64,000 nucleotides of DNA, from contig OZ249439.1 of assembly GCA_965235115.1 (NCBI GenBank), forward strand, positions 18,538,001-18,602,000, read 5' to 3'. The stretch comes from Laetmonice hystrix. Taxonomy: Eukaryota. The notes under the pieces were generated by a model, which was not told the DNA's origin, ran no database searches, and saw nothing but the letters and a program-made list of their open reading frames with translations. Positions 1-13,043 of this stretch are shown piece by piece; position 1 is the stretch's first letter; every line of letters begins with the position of its first letter. Made by a program: the position numbers and the translations under genes.

Positions 1-3000
1 ACTGGCACTGTCGCGCTTTGTGCAGTTTGTATTTCAGACCAGTCAGGCCTTGAAACTAACTAGCTGGGTATTTCGTTCGCTATGGTTTTTTATTCAGGAG
101 AAACGAAGCCTTAGTGGCAAAATAAGTATGCCAAACCATACCGGTACATTGATTTTGCCACACTGGTGCGTCAAAATTGACATAAAACAATATATTCTGA
201 CCAAACAGCACACTCATGAAATTGTACAGAGGCATACTTCACTCACCGATTCAGTGGCTGTACGAAATACCCCAGGAAACAAGCAAGTAGCAGATTGTAA
301 GGTAGCAATTTTTAATTTGCTGAACATATTATTTTAAAATAATTGACCGTTACCCTGAACGGAGTTTAGTTCATTCTTGCCAAAATTTTCTTTCTGTTTG
401 TAACAATCTAGTTAAAATTTCCAGTAATAGTTTTACTATGCCTATGGAGTGGATACTTTAGAGGCATAGGATATGTGATTTGGCGAATGAAAACTATGCT
501 AAGGATGTTAGAATTTGTTTTTTTGTGAAAGTACAACGTAGTTGAGTTACCAATGAATTGATGTAACACTAGGAGGGTAGATAAATGATGCATGTTGTTT
601 GGATGGCTGAAAGGTCAAGAGAGAGACACACATGTATCCGCCTGCCAGAGTAGGCCCAGTAAATGAGACAAGTATGTAGTGTTAATTTGATGGGCGGGTG
701 TTGCCAAGTGGGCCGGGGTGAGACAGGAGCAACCTATTACTGCCACACAGTTCCAAATTTTTCACCCCTTAATGACAACGGTCCCACCATTATACTGACA
801 GACGGCCAGCATAGCGAATAGTGCGGGTAGTTACCTTCAGTGTGATAGTGGCGAGTATGTTCTCAGAGTCGTGACGACTCGGTCGTTTGGGGAGTCCTCG
901 TCAGAGTACAACTGTCTCCGCGAGTAGATCCCCCCGTCCTGGCAGTAGAATGACGGTAGTGAAGGAAGCGTACCAGTAGAGGTGTAGTGTTCAAAGATCA
1001 GGTCGCCTTGAGTGCTGAATCAGTTCGCCCAGTTAATATTTCATAGGACTTTAGTTGAAAGGTGTGTAAATAAGTAAGTGCTTCTACAACTGCCTTGCCA
1101 CGCTTTCTTGGCGTAGCACTCTGTGACAGTGGCATGCCAACCAGTACAGGCTCGATTGAAACACCCAACTTGGTTGATGTCGTAGCAGGTTGTAAGTAAA
1201 AGGATAGAGAGATCAGGAATCAAAATATAATACTGCACGTTTCGTCATATAGAATATAATAATAATAAATGGATATTTTGGGATGCGAGTGAGGTGCAGA
1301 GGTGAGGATTAGGTGATACAGCAGGATTGCGCTTGACATCCAGTCCAAATATATTGGCTTCATAAACACTCTCCGGGATTTATTACTCGTGGATGAAAAA
1401 AATGAGTGATTGTCAACAAGAGTTGGCAATCATCCACATACATGTACAGTATGTAGGTAATGAACATCACCGAGTATTATACAGTAGAAATAAAAACAAA
1501 GTTTACATTGTATTTGATTTAACTATATCAGCTCGGACCATGATGATGGATTGAGTTTGATTTGTAAGAGGTAGGCGTGTAAAGTGTTCAAATCGTGGTA
1601 CAATCTCAGTAAGGTCAGAAGTCGAGGACTTGTGTTGGAACACGTAATGGATCTTTTACCATGACAGAAAGCCGATGATACCAACTCTTCCATTCACAGA
1701 CATAGGTCAGTGGTTCGGCACTGATTGGGCCATTAATGGGAGTATAATCCACTGTATACGGTTCTCCTGATTGGTATTCTACTGACAGGGACGGCGCTCA
1801 CTAATGTAGTACTTGAATGCCAGCTATCTGTCCAGGCCATGTGGTATGCTCGGCTATTAAGCCAACAGGATAGGCATTATATACAGTTATCCAGTAAAGC
1901 CAGTCGGAACTTAGGAAGGTCCAACAATGATGTTTTCTGCATAGCACCGGCATCCCATTAAGGTCGAGTGGGACTTTAAAAGCATCGAGAATGGGAAATG
2001 TATAGTAGGGTAGGACCAGCAGTTGATGGAGTCAAATAAGTGCATGAAAGGGAACATGGTTGATGTAGAAAAAACCTTTAGGTTTCCATAGTATTACCAG
2101 AGAACACCTGTTATATGTAAGTCCTTTCATCTTGTTGGTTCCTATTTAGTGGTCTTATAGACGGTTCTGATACTCAGGCGAAAATAATTTGCTAAGCACG
2201 TACATGTATATTTGAAAGTAGAATCGGGCGGAGAACTATCCTCGTGTGTTCTGCTGGTGACATAAGTGGGTCCAACGATGTGAGATTGTGGTCAGGACGT
2301 TCAGGTCGCCGCGGTTAACCTTCAACCTCAGACCCGTAGTGTCTGTAGTCTTCTAATAGAATGTGTTTAATGAATTGAATGCATGACAAAACGCATTTTC
2401 TGTCAGGAAACCTTAATGGGACCATTACGGTTATATTTTGACAGGGACGGTATGACAATTGCACTGACCCATCTGCCCTCTAACGCCTGCTGTGTCTGCC
2501 ACGTGCACACGCCCCTATGAAATTTTCATTTAAATGGACACATTACATTCAGACGGAAGCCATTTTATGATTCTGAAATAGTTCTTTGATGCAAATATCA
2601 ACATCCAGATGTTTCAGAACGTAATGGACCATAGCACACAATATCCCGTCTCCCTTAAGAACTTAAGACAATGAGAGCCACGCTCGTGAACAACTGCTCT
2701 GTTATAGGAGGTTCATCACAACTGTTCTTTTGTTGGAGGCGAACACATTACACGAGGCGTAGATGGTGCAGCTATGAATTTTGAGCTGGAACCTCCGAAC
2801 TCTTTAACTTAAGTAATCTGCCTGCATACCGTGAACACATAGCAGTCTCTCCTGCGCCTTGCCTAGGCACGCATAATTATATGATTATCTGCATATTATG
2901 TTAACGTCATTATAACCGGCTGTGTAATAAGATTCCTCAGGGTGCGGCATGCGGGCGCGGCATTGTTTTACAGGTCATTACGCAGCCTCAATACAGCCAC

Positions 3001-4048
3001 CACCAAAAGTGTGAATGGAGGCAGTGAAGTGAGAGAGCCTGGTTCTTACAATTGGCTTGGCTTATAGTGTAGTGTACAGTATAAATGGCCCGCCCGTGAC
3101 TGATCTGCTCGTTGAATTACCCATATGACCCATTACCAGCTCAAATAAATCACACCTATTAATTACAATTATGAAAGATAGAGGGAAAGTGAAAAAAACA
3201 CCGATCAAGCTGGTCGGTGCGTAGTTTTCCTGAATAGTTTGCCTTACAAAGTTGTAGCATGTAGCCTGAGGCTGCTGCGATGGCAAGATCAAAAGGAGTG
3301 TAATTACTAAAGACTTGTCGGAAACTATTCTAAACACTGTTTGTTCAAAGGGCAGATGAAGATACGAAAAACCGAGAGCCAGATATGGAGCCTTGCTCAT
3401 AGACATGGTTTGATACAGCAGAACCTCGCAAATAGCCAATCGTTTGAAGTGTAATTGTCATCTGGGCAATACTGAGAACCTCCGATTGAAAACAGATCGT
3501 ATCTGAAGTCATCGTGACAGGTTTTTACTTTACCTTGTAAGTCATATCGTGAGATTTTCATTATCTGTTGGCTGTATCTGTGAGGATTTGAAGGTAGTCA
3601 GCTGAAGACAGATATGTCTCATGGTATGAGCGGACTTTGATGTTTCATTGTGAAGTCAGTATCATTATCACTACATCAAACTGTACCAGCACCTAGAAGT
3701 TTGATTCAATCCGGTACAAGGTTTCAGATGTGTTTTCCGCCAGTCTCTGTTCCTGGTGACATGCCGAGGTTTGGCGGTAACCTTGAGAGGCATTGCATGG
3801 AGCCGCGGTGGCGTTGTGGATGATACGTAGGACCCTGGCAAATGTTCTCAGGGTTCTAATCCGGAATAAAACAGACTAATGAGTATAAGTTGTATAAGGC
3901 ACTGTCCACACCCATGGTATTAAGCCCATGTTCGCAGATATCTGGTCACCATCGACGGACTGACTACTAATATATTGTTTAGAAGGATACGCTAACTGAG
4001 ATATGCACAATAGGTATCAAAACAAAAGAAATCTATGATTCATGATGA

Positions 4049-4094
4049 ATGGATTTGTAACATATAGCTGCATGGATTTGTAACATATAGCTGC
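4049..4094. repeat. Exact tandem duplication, 23 bp x2
   Basis: ATGGATTTGTAACATATAGCTGC at 4049-4071 and 4072-4094. Confidence 0.95.
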
Positions 4095-5559
4095 ATCTAC
4101 ATTTAAAGATGATACATGGCTGTTGAAACTTTAAATTATCTACAATATCTAAAACAGCCAGCTAGGTAGGCTTGCTCATGCCTCATGAAATTAAATGTAA
4201 TGAAGGTAGTCGCACTCCCCTTTGTGCTAACATCTGAAGACAAAAAAATAAAAAGCTTCGTAGATGTATATTTCAGAAGGCATTGGTCTTATGTTAAAGT
4301 TTTTCTACGAATCACGTGACTTTTTAAATAAGACAGCTTGCCTTGAGAGGTTTTTAATTCTATGTCCCTAATAAGACAGTAGTGAATTTGACTAATTGGA
4401 ACTCTCATGAACCTTTAATGATATTTCAAGAATCGATTGATTATTTACTGGGACGTGTATTGGTTTGTTGGTCTGATTGGACTGCCGGCCAAGTTATGTA
4501 TGAGGGGGTTGCATGCAAGAATATGGGAGAGACGTTGGTGGTAGAGAAGTCTTTCGTCCTGTATCTGTGAGAGCGTGTGTGGCCCGCCATTGGTACTACC
4601 GTTTGTGCCATGTTGACTAATTGCCTCCAGTGGTCATGTTGGGTGAGGCTGAATGAGCTGGCACTGGGGTGCAGGGCAAGGTTGCTGCAAATAGTCTTCA
4701 ATCAGTGAGCACAAGGCTCTGGCATTTATACCCAAATCACCTCTGTTAGAAAAGCAACATTTGGAAATAATGCACATGGGAAATATTTCACAGGGGGCCA
4801 TTACTCTGTGTAGGCCCCCTGACATGGGTGTGTGGTAGGGGGAGAATGTAGGCAGTGCCGAACATCTCATGGTGCTGCCAGTGCTCTAATCAATGCCAAT
4901 CATGTGCAATTTCATTGATCAGCACTGGAGCCAGGACATGTGATGCTAAAATGGAGTCTAACCCAAGGAGGCAGGCAGACTGAAGCTCTGTGTATAAAGT
5001 GAGGGTTTGCCGGCTACTAATGGAGTGATGCTACCGTAGGGGAATTGATTATACATACTTAGGGTGAATGGGTGTAAGAGGTCCTTCTTAACAGTTCGAT
5101 GGGGAGGAACCTAGTTGTGCTGATCAAACTACATCACCATTCAGTCTGTCAATGGTACTTCCCTCATTATAGTGCCCTAAATCAATCTTATGATCCAACT
5201 GTTAGACTCGGCACAGAATGAGGAGAAAATCCACCCAGGCCATATTTTCTTGGTTCGCTGAATCTTTCTGTTTAATCACATTCATTTCAAAGATCAAATA
5301 TTTCTGTGAGCATGGTTGGATTGTCCCGCTCTTTCGCGTGCCCTGCAGTCAATGCTTGTATTTTGTATTTCATATTGAGCTGTTGAATGTTTTATTCTGT
5401 TTGAAGCATAGGGGGAGATTGTGAAGAGAGATAGTGGTAGCCTGGGGGCTGATAGAGTGCCGTACATGGGGGTAGTAGCTGATAATGAAGATGATGATGA
5501 GAATCAATGAGGTGAAGTGTTTGATGTGTAATGCTCGTGAATAGTGTTGTCCACGCTGA

Positions 5560-6000
5560 CCCTGCGGCCCGGACGGCTGCCCCAGGCCTTAGGTAAATCC
5601 TCGTAACACCCAGAAATAGCCGGCGGACAGAGAGTGGCCGTCCGTCAGACCATCACTGGACGGGAAGGGGCGGGAACCGACAGGGAGGAGTCCTCACGAC
5701 TGACCGGCTCATTGAGAGCTTGACGTGACATTTGATTGGTTGCGATGAGACACCACGGAAGGCTGGCGCTGACTCCCAGCGGTAATGGGTGATAAGATCA
5801 AAGAGTTAATGCAGTGATTGGTCGTGGGGAGGCCTGAGTGCGGACATGGCCGGAGGGGGGGGGGTGTCCCAGACCGGTGCAGCAGTTGTCATGGAATCCC
5901 AGCACAACCGTCCGTTACGTCACGTCACCGCCCAGTGAACATCATGGGTAGGAAGTCCTCAAGCATGTGATGAGGGCGGCGACATTGTGAATAGAATTAT
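5560..6000. promoter_or_regulatory. CpG-rich promoter-like segment
   Basis: Locally GC/CpG-rich. GC box GGGGCGGG 5667-5674, CRE-like TGACGTGA 5721-5728 and TTACGTCA 5915-5922, two reversed CCAAT boxes (GATTGGT 5734-5740, 5816-5822). Motif clustering only, no transcript evidence. Confidence 0.35.
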
Positions 6001-6147
6001 TTAACGCTTCCGATGGAGTCTAGCTGTGTAATTGATTTAGTGTACTAGATAGATACTGTTATAGAACGATCGCCAGTCTCCTGTGTACGTGTTGAGTGGG
6101 ATAGTTAATGTACGTGTGTAATGATCTCCGTGACCCTGGATGGAGGT

Positions 6148-6794
6148 GTACACCTGGGTCGTGCTCAGCCTGATTCACACACCGCGGTGATATCAAACAC
6201 AATCAGGTATCGTACACCTGGGTCGTGCTCAGCCTGATTCACACACCGCGGTGATATCAAACACAATCAGGTATCGTACGCCTGGGTCGTGCTCAGCCTG
6301 ATCCACACACCGCGGTGATATCAAACACAATCAGGTATCGTACGCCTGGGTCGTGCTCGACCTACCTGGATCCACACACCGCGGTGATATCAAACACAAT
6401 CAGGCATCGTACGCCTGGGTCGTGCTCGGCCTGATCCACACACCACGGTGATATCAAACACAATCAGGTATCGTAAGCCTGGGTCGTGCTCGACCTGATC
6501 CACACACCGCGGTGATATCAAACACAATCAGGTATCGTACGCCTGGGTCGTGCTCGACCTACCTGGATCCACACACTGCGGTGATATCAAACACAATCAG
6601 GTATCGTACGCCTGGGTCGTGCTCGACCTACCTGGATCCACACACTGCGGTGATATCAAACACAATCAGGTATCGTACGCCTGGGTCGTGCTCGACCTGA
6701 TCCACACACCGCGGTGATATCAAACACAATCAGGTATCGTACGCCTGGGTCGTGCTCGACCTGATCCACACACCGCGGTGATATCAAACACAAT
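6148..6794. repeat. Minisatellite, about 10 copies of a 64-bp unit (three 69-bp variants)
   Basis: Consensus GTACGCCTGGGTCGTGCTCGACCTGATCCACACACCGCGGTGATATCAAACACAATCAGGTATC. Units start at 6148, 6212, 6276, 6340, 6409, 6473, 6537, 6606, 6675 and 6739 (last partial). Units 4, 7 and 8 are 5 bp longer (CGACCTACCTGGATCC). Confidence 0.97.
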
Positions 6795-6945
6795 TGATGA
6801 CATCACTGTATCTGTGAACATGGAAACACGTGAACACACTGCCGCACACCCCAGGGTGAACAGGGACTGATCGGTTTGATGACATCACTGTATCTGTGAA
6901 CATGGAAACACGTGAACACACTGCCGCACACCCCAGGGTGAACAG
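6795..6945. repeat. Direct duplication of 69 bp (period 82 bp) abutting the minisatellite
   Basis: TGATGACATCACTGTATCTGTGAACATGGAAACACGTGAACACACTGCCGCACACCCCAGGGTGAACAG at 6795-6863 and 6877-6945. Confidence 0.95.
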
Positions 6946-7424
6946 CGACTGCTGGATGCTGCTTTATCTACCTAAATTATCACTGGGTTTTTGTTGTAGT
7001 GATGGGATAGCGGGTTACAACACGATAATAGCTTTATCATGTATAAAAAGAGGGGATAGTGCACAGTATTTGAGTGTATTTTATTACAACATGGGCATAC
7101 AGGTTTCAAACAAATAGTTTATGTCGTCTGTCTACGTCTGTCTGTGTCTGTTTCAACATGGTTTCATCTCTGACTGGTGGTACTCGCTCTAATGTCTACC
7201 CGTACTACTGGTACCAGGCTCATCGCTCGGGACTGTCAATGGGGGTTTAATATAAGCGTCATTATAAAGATCTCAGCGGGTATAGATTAGTAACATTTGG
7301 CCGCCATGGACAGGTAGTCAATATTTTCACAAGTAAACTGGATACCGTATTTCCATTTGTCGGACCAGTCTAGGGGTTCACATGCTGACATCATTGGTTC
7401 CATTGGTGCTGATTCATTTTGTAG

Positions 7425-7647
7425 ATAATGTGGAAGTTTTTTTACACTTTGATTCACCAGAGGCGTTCAAACTGACGCCGAAGAACCTTCCAGGGCCTAC
7501 ACCTAATAACGAGTATCCCCTTACAGTGCATGTGACGTATGTCATTTGTATGGGTACTGTTGGCTGGCTTCCTAATAGAAGCAGCAAACCTGATGACTCA
7601 TTTCATTACATTTTCCATCAGTATATCTGCCAGCAATTATTATCAAG
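7425..7647 (+). CDS. Candidate internal coding exon (223 nt, phase 1 to 2), product unknown
   Basis: Acceptor TCATTTTGTAG, donor AAG|GTAAAA followed by AT-rich intron-like DNA. Open frame DNVEVFLHFDSPEAFKLTPKNLPGPTPNNEYPLTVHVTY...QQLLS. No family recognised. Confidence 0.3.
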
Positions 7648-7820
7648 GTAAAATTAGTGTTATCCGACTTTTTGCCTTCTTCATATACTAAAAATTAGAT
7701 AACTTTTATTTTTGTTATTTATGTTATACTTGAGTATAATTATCTTGTTATATTTTAATTCAATGTTGTTACATTCTGTCGGACCATCATGTGCTGGTTT
7801 GGTTGGTGGTGGTTAAAAGT

Positions 7821-7881
7821 TGTTTTAGGGATTACTTTTTCTGAGATTTATCTGTTTTAGGGATGACTTTTTCTGAGATTT
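7821..7881. repeat. Near-exact tandem duplication, period 32 bp
   Basis: TGTTTTAGGGAT(T/G)ACTTTTTCTGAGATTT at 7821 and 7853. Confidence 0.9.
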
Positions 7882-10639
7882 CTCCCAGTGTGTCCATAAA
7901 TAAATGGTGATGTGTCTCAGTGTAGGGTGAAGGTGAAAGCAGTGAACTGGCACAAACAACCTTAAGCCGGGTGCATATGGCTGACCCTCCACTCCTGGCG
8001 CCACTGTAGAGGGCAGTGACATGATAGATTACGCTCACTATCGGGACCCGTGTACCCCAGTGTTTCTCCGGGGACCATGTATTTGCACACTTTACATTTA
8101 ATACCCCAGCAGACCAGCGGTTGTCAGTGCTGATCTGTAAGCCGAGGTTAGAGCAAGTGAACTGGGCAGCAGATATTAAGAGATACACTGCCATGCCAGC
8201 TGATGGCTCGGGGGACGTCTGAGTGTATCCAAGTGGGCCAAGCACTGCGCTTTGTGGTGTACCATCAGGGGCTGACCTGCAGGTGAAATGGATAACGGTA
8301 GGTCGGCAGCCTAGACGGGCCACTAGAGGCACCCCAACAGTAACCACCCCTCCCTAACTGGAAACCCTCGCCTTATAAACGGGTAAAGACCACACATACA
8401 GACGGCCACTAAGTGGACAATCAACATTTTTCTTTGACAGCTATAAAACGGAAACATGAAATGGTAATTTTGTATCTACTGAAATTATAAATTGAGAGAA
8501 AAACAACCATATAACTAACTGAAAAAACGGAAATAATAATCAGGAACTAATAGGCAGTCTTGATGTTTTTCCATTGCACCATTTTGCCTGTGGAGTGTAC
8601 TCTGTACTGTCTGGGGCCATTGTTTTCACTGAGTGTAGCAACTGGAGCCCTGAGGCATCACTACGAACGGTTTCATTTATCAGGCAACCGTTTTCCAATA
8701 CCTTCAATCTCCAGGGGGAGAGAGAAACATACTCTGAAATCAATACCCATTTAGACAGAAACAAAAAGATGAGGCGGAATCAATGACACACCATTAGCAG
8801 TAAAAATGATAAGGGCTGCCCACAATGACGGTTCAGAACTGTCCCCCGAACGTATTTGATAATCGAACTGTTGTGTGTCAGTATAAAAACTCAAAAATAT
8901 ATTGCTTCCTAGAAGTGGTGTAATTTTGTTGCAGTAGTTTTAGAAGTACGTGATGTATTCATCTTTGTGATACGGCGGCGACACTTGAGATGAATGACGC
9001 CTGACAAAACACCATGTTGGATTCAATCCGGTCAGGATACGTGCTCTCTTAGGTCATTGAATTCTGGAAATCAATGAGTTGTATCAGACACCTCCATTGA
9101 TCTTCATCATTGATCAATGAGCTAGGTGCAGGGCTGGATATGAGCACAATGACACGTGATGCCATCACACCATCGTGAGGTGACAGGGGCAGTAGACGCC
9201 AGATGGCGAAGTTGGAACCCTTAGGGGGTAGAAGGAAATCACCACGTCTTATATTCCGAGTTTTTAAGTTTCTCTCGGTCGGATCTGAAAGCTGGAGTCT
9301 TCGCATCTCTACTTTGATAAGGACTTTGAATGAATCTTCATATCATACACGTACTGTAAAAAGAACGTGGGTGTAACAGTTAAAATGTGAACAATAATGT
9401 ACGGTTGTACAGACAGGATGTTATATGTCGGTGTACGACTGTCAGCTTTCACCACCCACTGCCACAATCAAACCTTCTGCTGTCATTTGATCCGGTACAA
9501 GTCAGCAGGTTGCCGAATAGTCCGGTGGAAGACCTTCCCGTATCGTTACGCTATGGTGTACGAGTGATCCTGCCGTGGGGAGATTCTGTATCTATATTCT
9601 TACCCGTCACGTCACGACAGTATTCCAACTTGAGCCGTTCATCTATCCACCACACCTAGCTACCACCTGCCACCAAACACTGCTGGCTCTTTTCCTAACA
9701 TTTTTTCAAAAACTCTTGCAGCATTTCGAGGAATCAAATTACACTTTAAAAGTTTGTTTTCTCCCATTTTGCATTTTTAAGTAGATAAACAGGCTGGCTG
9801 TTTCTCTTCTTTTATTTCATTCACGTAGAAGTGTTGTCAGTGCTATCCTGTTATGAAACCTAAAGATTTGGTTCCTACGATCCTGGTACTTAATTACTGG
9901 CAACAATGGCAATTAGACTGGCATTGGTACAGGAACTTGTAATTATAAATTCATTGAGTGGCTATAAAGTTTCTCAGCTGGTCACAGATATAAATGGATT
10001 TTTGTGGATTGAAAGGAAAACCAGCAGTTCGCACAGCAAATCCATTAAAGGGAAAACATCCAGCAGAAAAAGATCTTCAACAATGGCCAAGAGGGATTGG
10101 CTAAGTGATTGTGGAATGTGCCATTTGTTGTAGACGAAGTGTGAGGTGTTGTGGCCTCCAGCAGCCGGCGTCTGATGATGGTGATAGGGGAGGGGAGGAG
10201 GCACCCGAGGTTGGAGCTTGACTGCCCATACACCTGTGTAACCAGTCAGTACTGTTCCTTCTGTGGTACGCAACAGTCGTATCACTGTTTACATTATTTT
10301 ACCTTGAACCCTTTCTTTGTAAAGGTTTTAATTTTTGTCAAAACAGTTTTTCCCCATCTTGTCACCGTAATCCGGAAAATCTGTGACCCATCAAATATTC
10401 ACGATCGTTTTTTTTAAACCTAAGATTAGCAATTCTTAAACGAGATTTGAGAAAATATTTTGCCAGTTGAATTTGGTAAGATGCTTAAATTCTGTAATGT
10501 AAATCCTAGTATAGGTATGTAATGGATATTTACTGAAGGAGAAACCTTAGAGGAAACGGTAGCTTACGATCCCAATAGTCCACTTTACATGTATAAACCG
10601 AATGAAGCATCATGGAGAAACTTTAAAATGCATTGCGGA

Positions 10640-10880
10640 AGATCAGGTGCTAATATTTCACCGTATGTTGCTTGTCTCTCAAAATACGCTGACATATGGC
10701 AGCGTAATGGTGGAAAGTCGTGTAAACTGATCCCGAGAATGGCCTTATCAGCAAAAAACATGGTGAGTCCCACTGTTAGGAAAGTATGATCAGGGTTCTA
10801 CTGCATTAGCAAATGAGGATGGAAGTTTCTTCTTTGACAGAAAGCTTTATTCGATATTGACATGGTGCTTACAGATGTAA
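10640..10880 (+). pseudogene. Possible decayed BTB/POZ (KCTD or potassium-channel T1 type) fragment
   Basis: Frame 10767-10880 reads VPLLGKYDQGSTALANEDGSFFFDRKLYSILTWCLQM*. EDGSFFFDR (10815-10841) followed by L-x-x-IL resembles the KCTD/T1 motif D-G-x-[YF]-F-[IF]-D-R...F-x-x-I-L. An upstream frame has LSKYAD (cf. LTKYPD). Stops and frameshifts present; matched by eye only. Confidence 0.3.
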
Positions 10881-11941
10881 CTAATGGTAACGTGATCTTT
10901 GTCACTAGATACCAAGTCCCAACAAGCACCTATATAGTAAGAGAATCCTGCGTTAGGAGTAAATGTAAGGGATAAAAAGCCGAAATCCTTTGAGATTACA
11001 TTTTTTTTACTAACGTCTGAGATTTACAGTCCTTGAATTATTTTAGCGCTGTAATTTGATGAATGCTGGTATGGGAGTGGCATAGTAGCTGTAATGACTA
11101 ATGTATGAGATTGCATGGGCTTTAAATGTAAACTGTCGAGTTTTTTCTCTACTGCCTGTTGGCTACTTTCACCTAATGTATAGCGTGTCTGACAATGCAT
11201 TGCCCTGCGGTAGAGAGCTGTCTAAAAGATAGCACTGAGGGGAATGTCTTGGCATATCCATGAAGGCTATTGTCTGAAACCAGTCGACAGCGGCAGGAGA
11301 GCCTTCACTCCATGGTATTGCTTTAGTGTGTAAAAATGTGTGGTGGCAAAGCCACATCTCCAGAGACGGGATATCTTGGAGTATTCATCACCTATAATAC
11401 GATTATTTGAAGAGTTAGATGCTCTCAGAGATGTACCAATACAGAAAAATCTAATGCGATGGAAGTTTTCAGGGAATACTCCCAGACTATCGATTAGATT
11501 TTCAATAACTAAGCCATCTACAGAGAAATCACATAATAGTTACAAGCACTATTGTGTTTTTCCTGCCTTTAGGAAGATTTAAAGTTGGATGCAAATTGAA
11601 AAATGTAGATGCGGAGTCGAGGGCATGGTGTAATCACCAAGTTGAGGGTGGAAACGTAACTTTGTCGTGTCAATCGTAGAAATGTTGCCACCATTCTATT
11701 TTAACATCAAAAGCAGATGTAGGTCTTCCATTATGTTTGCAACAACTGGCAAGGTCAGAAAACGAGGTCATCCTTTCTTGTCCTGTACGGTAGTGAACCC
11801 CAGGTTTTTGGTTTCCTTTGTATCTTGTGACGTGAAATGAAAGGCCTGCGGCTCTTCAATCAAAGATTTCTACTCGAGGTTTGTCGTACTGTCATACATG
11901 TGATATTAAAGCACTTCATACAAGTTCTTTCCTTTTTCCAG

Positions 11942-11969
11942 ATGTGACGGCAGGCAAATGCTGTTCATG
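11942..11969 (+). other. Candidate 28-nt micro-exon
   Basis: Strong acceptor TTCTTTCCTTTTTCCAG directly before and consensus donor ATG|GTAAGT directly after. Two frames open (xCDGRQMLFM; DVTAGKCCSx). Confidence 0.4.
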
Positions 11970-12799
11970 GTAAGTTGTATTATGAAGGCACCAGAATTAA
12001 CGGCCCATTTTTACATACTACTTACACGTAGGATCTGGGTATAAACTGGATGACAACAGTTAGAAGCTACTCGGTGACAGACCGGTTTGTTAATTTGAAA
12101 CTTACGTTCTCTGATAGGGAACCCCCAATATCCACGCTAAAGGCTCGAATACAGGTGACAGTTGTGAGCAGGATGCAGTATTAAAACAACCCAGAATGAA
12201 GGTTGTAAAATTTATGACTGTGGTTACCAGATTGTGAAGCCATAATCCAGGCTGATTCTAACGGAGGTGTTCAGCCACGCTGGTGTGTGGGCGGTGTAAA
12301 TGATGTTGAGGTAGGGATTCTCAGGAATCCATTGTATTTGTAAGCTTCTGTAAGAAATACCCGCCTGTGCCATATAACACTGCCATGCTGGGGCATATTC
12401 AGATAAATATTATCCATCAAGAATAGAGCAATATCATGGTGTATTGTGGTGTCGATCGGCCATACTTTATGCAAATATACATTGAAATGTTGATAACTTA
12501 CAAATTAAAATAATCGCAGAACACGTTGACACATTAAAATGTGCTTGACAACCAATATTGCCAGCCGAGGAACGTGTTCGCAGTGGTTTCAGAATCCTTT
12601 CCTTGAAGTGGTTCCATTTTAGTTTATGTTTAACTGATATTTTGCGGAGGTGTGACGGTAATGGTAACCGGTTCATTTCTATCAATAACCATCGTTCCTT
12701 GTGATTCTCCCGCTACTCGGCTCAACATAAAGCATCTCCACTCTGGCCACTGCTATTGTGTACAGCCTTTCAATACCCCACAACACAACGCCACTGCTG

Positions 12800-12813
12800 G
12801 TTTCCATGGTGAC
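12800..12813. promoter_or_regulatory. RFX X-box motif
   Basis: GTTTCCATGGTGAC fits the palindromic X-box pattern GTYNCCATGGNRAC. Function untested. Confidence 0.35.
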
Positions 12814-13009
12814 TAAGAATGTCTGAGCTGACAGAGTGTTTCACTACGGAAGTCTTGAAGACAAGCTTTGATGTCGCCCTAATAACGTGTACCCTTGTAG
12901 CTATGATATTTTGCACCTGAGCTACGTTAATTACGTTCTCAGATCTCCGGTTCTTTCGCACAATATCTTGCGTTCTGGGTATAAGCGAAGCAGAAGAATA
13001 TTCAGGGCT

Positions 13010-13043
13010 GGGGGTGGGGGTGGGGGGGGGGGGGGGTGGGGGG
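13010..13043 (+). other. G-quadruplex-competent G tract
   Basis: G5-T-G5-T-G15-T-G6 on the + strand. Confidence 0.7.

Noticed and set aside
770-2450. Recurring TGACAG(G)GACGG and CCTTAATG motifs near 795, 1783 and 2440
   Set aside because: Matches are only 11-12 bp and the flanks do not align colinearly. Borderline with chance.
6148-6794. CRISPR-like appearance of the regular arrays (also 15146, 51953, 54292, 58980)
   Set aside because: Units are head-to-tail with no unique spacers, no cas genes are present and the context is eukaryotic.
7832-8347. 171-aa minus-strand ORF, the longest non-repeat ORF
   Set aside because: Non-ATG start, no recognisable motif and no convincing splice sites. 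Its 3' end runs into a 32-bp duplication. An ORF this long is roughly within chance for six frames of 64 kb.
9974-10285. HQTPAAGGH and IRRRLLEA...SWP resembling an integrase H2C2 zinc finger
   Set aside because: The pieces are split across frames, the CxxC is missing and no integrase core follows.
12240-12350. Minus-strand SLQIQWIPENPYLNIIYTAHT, FN3-like exon candidate
   Set aside because: Weak donor (GTAACC) and only a generic beta-strand resemblance.
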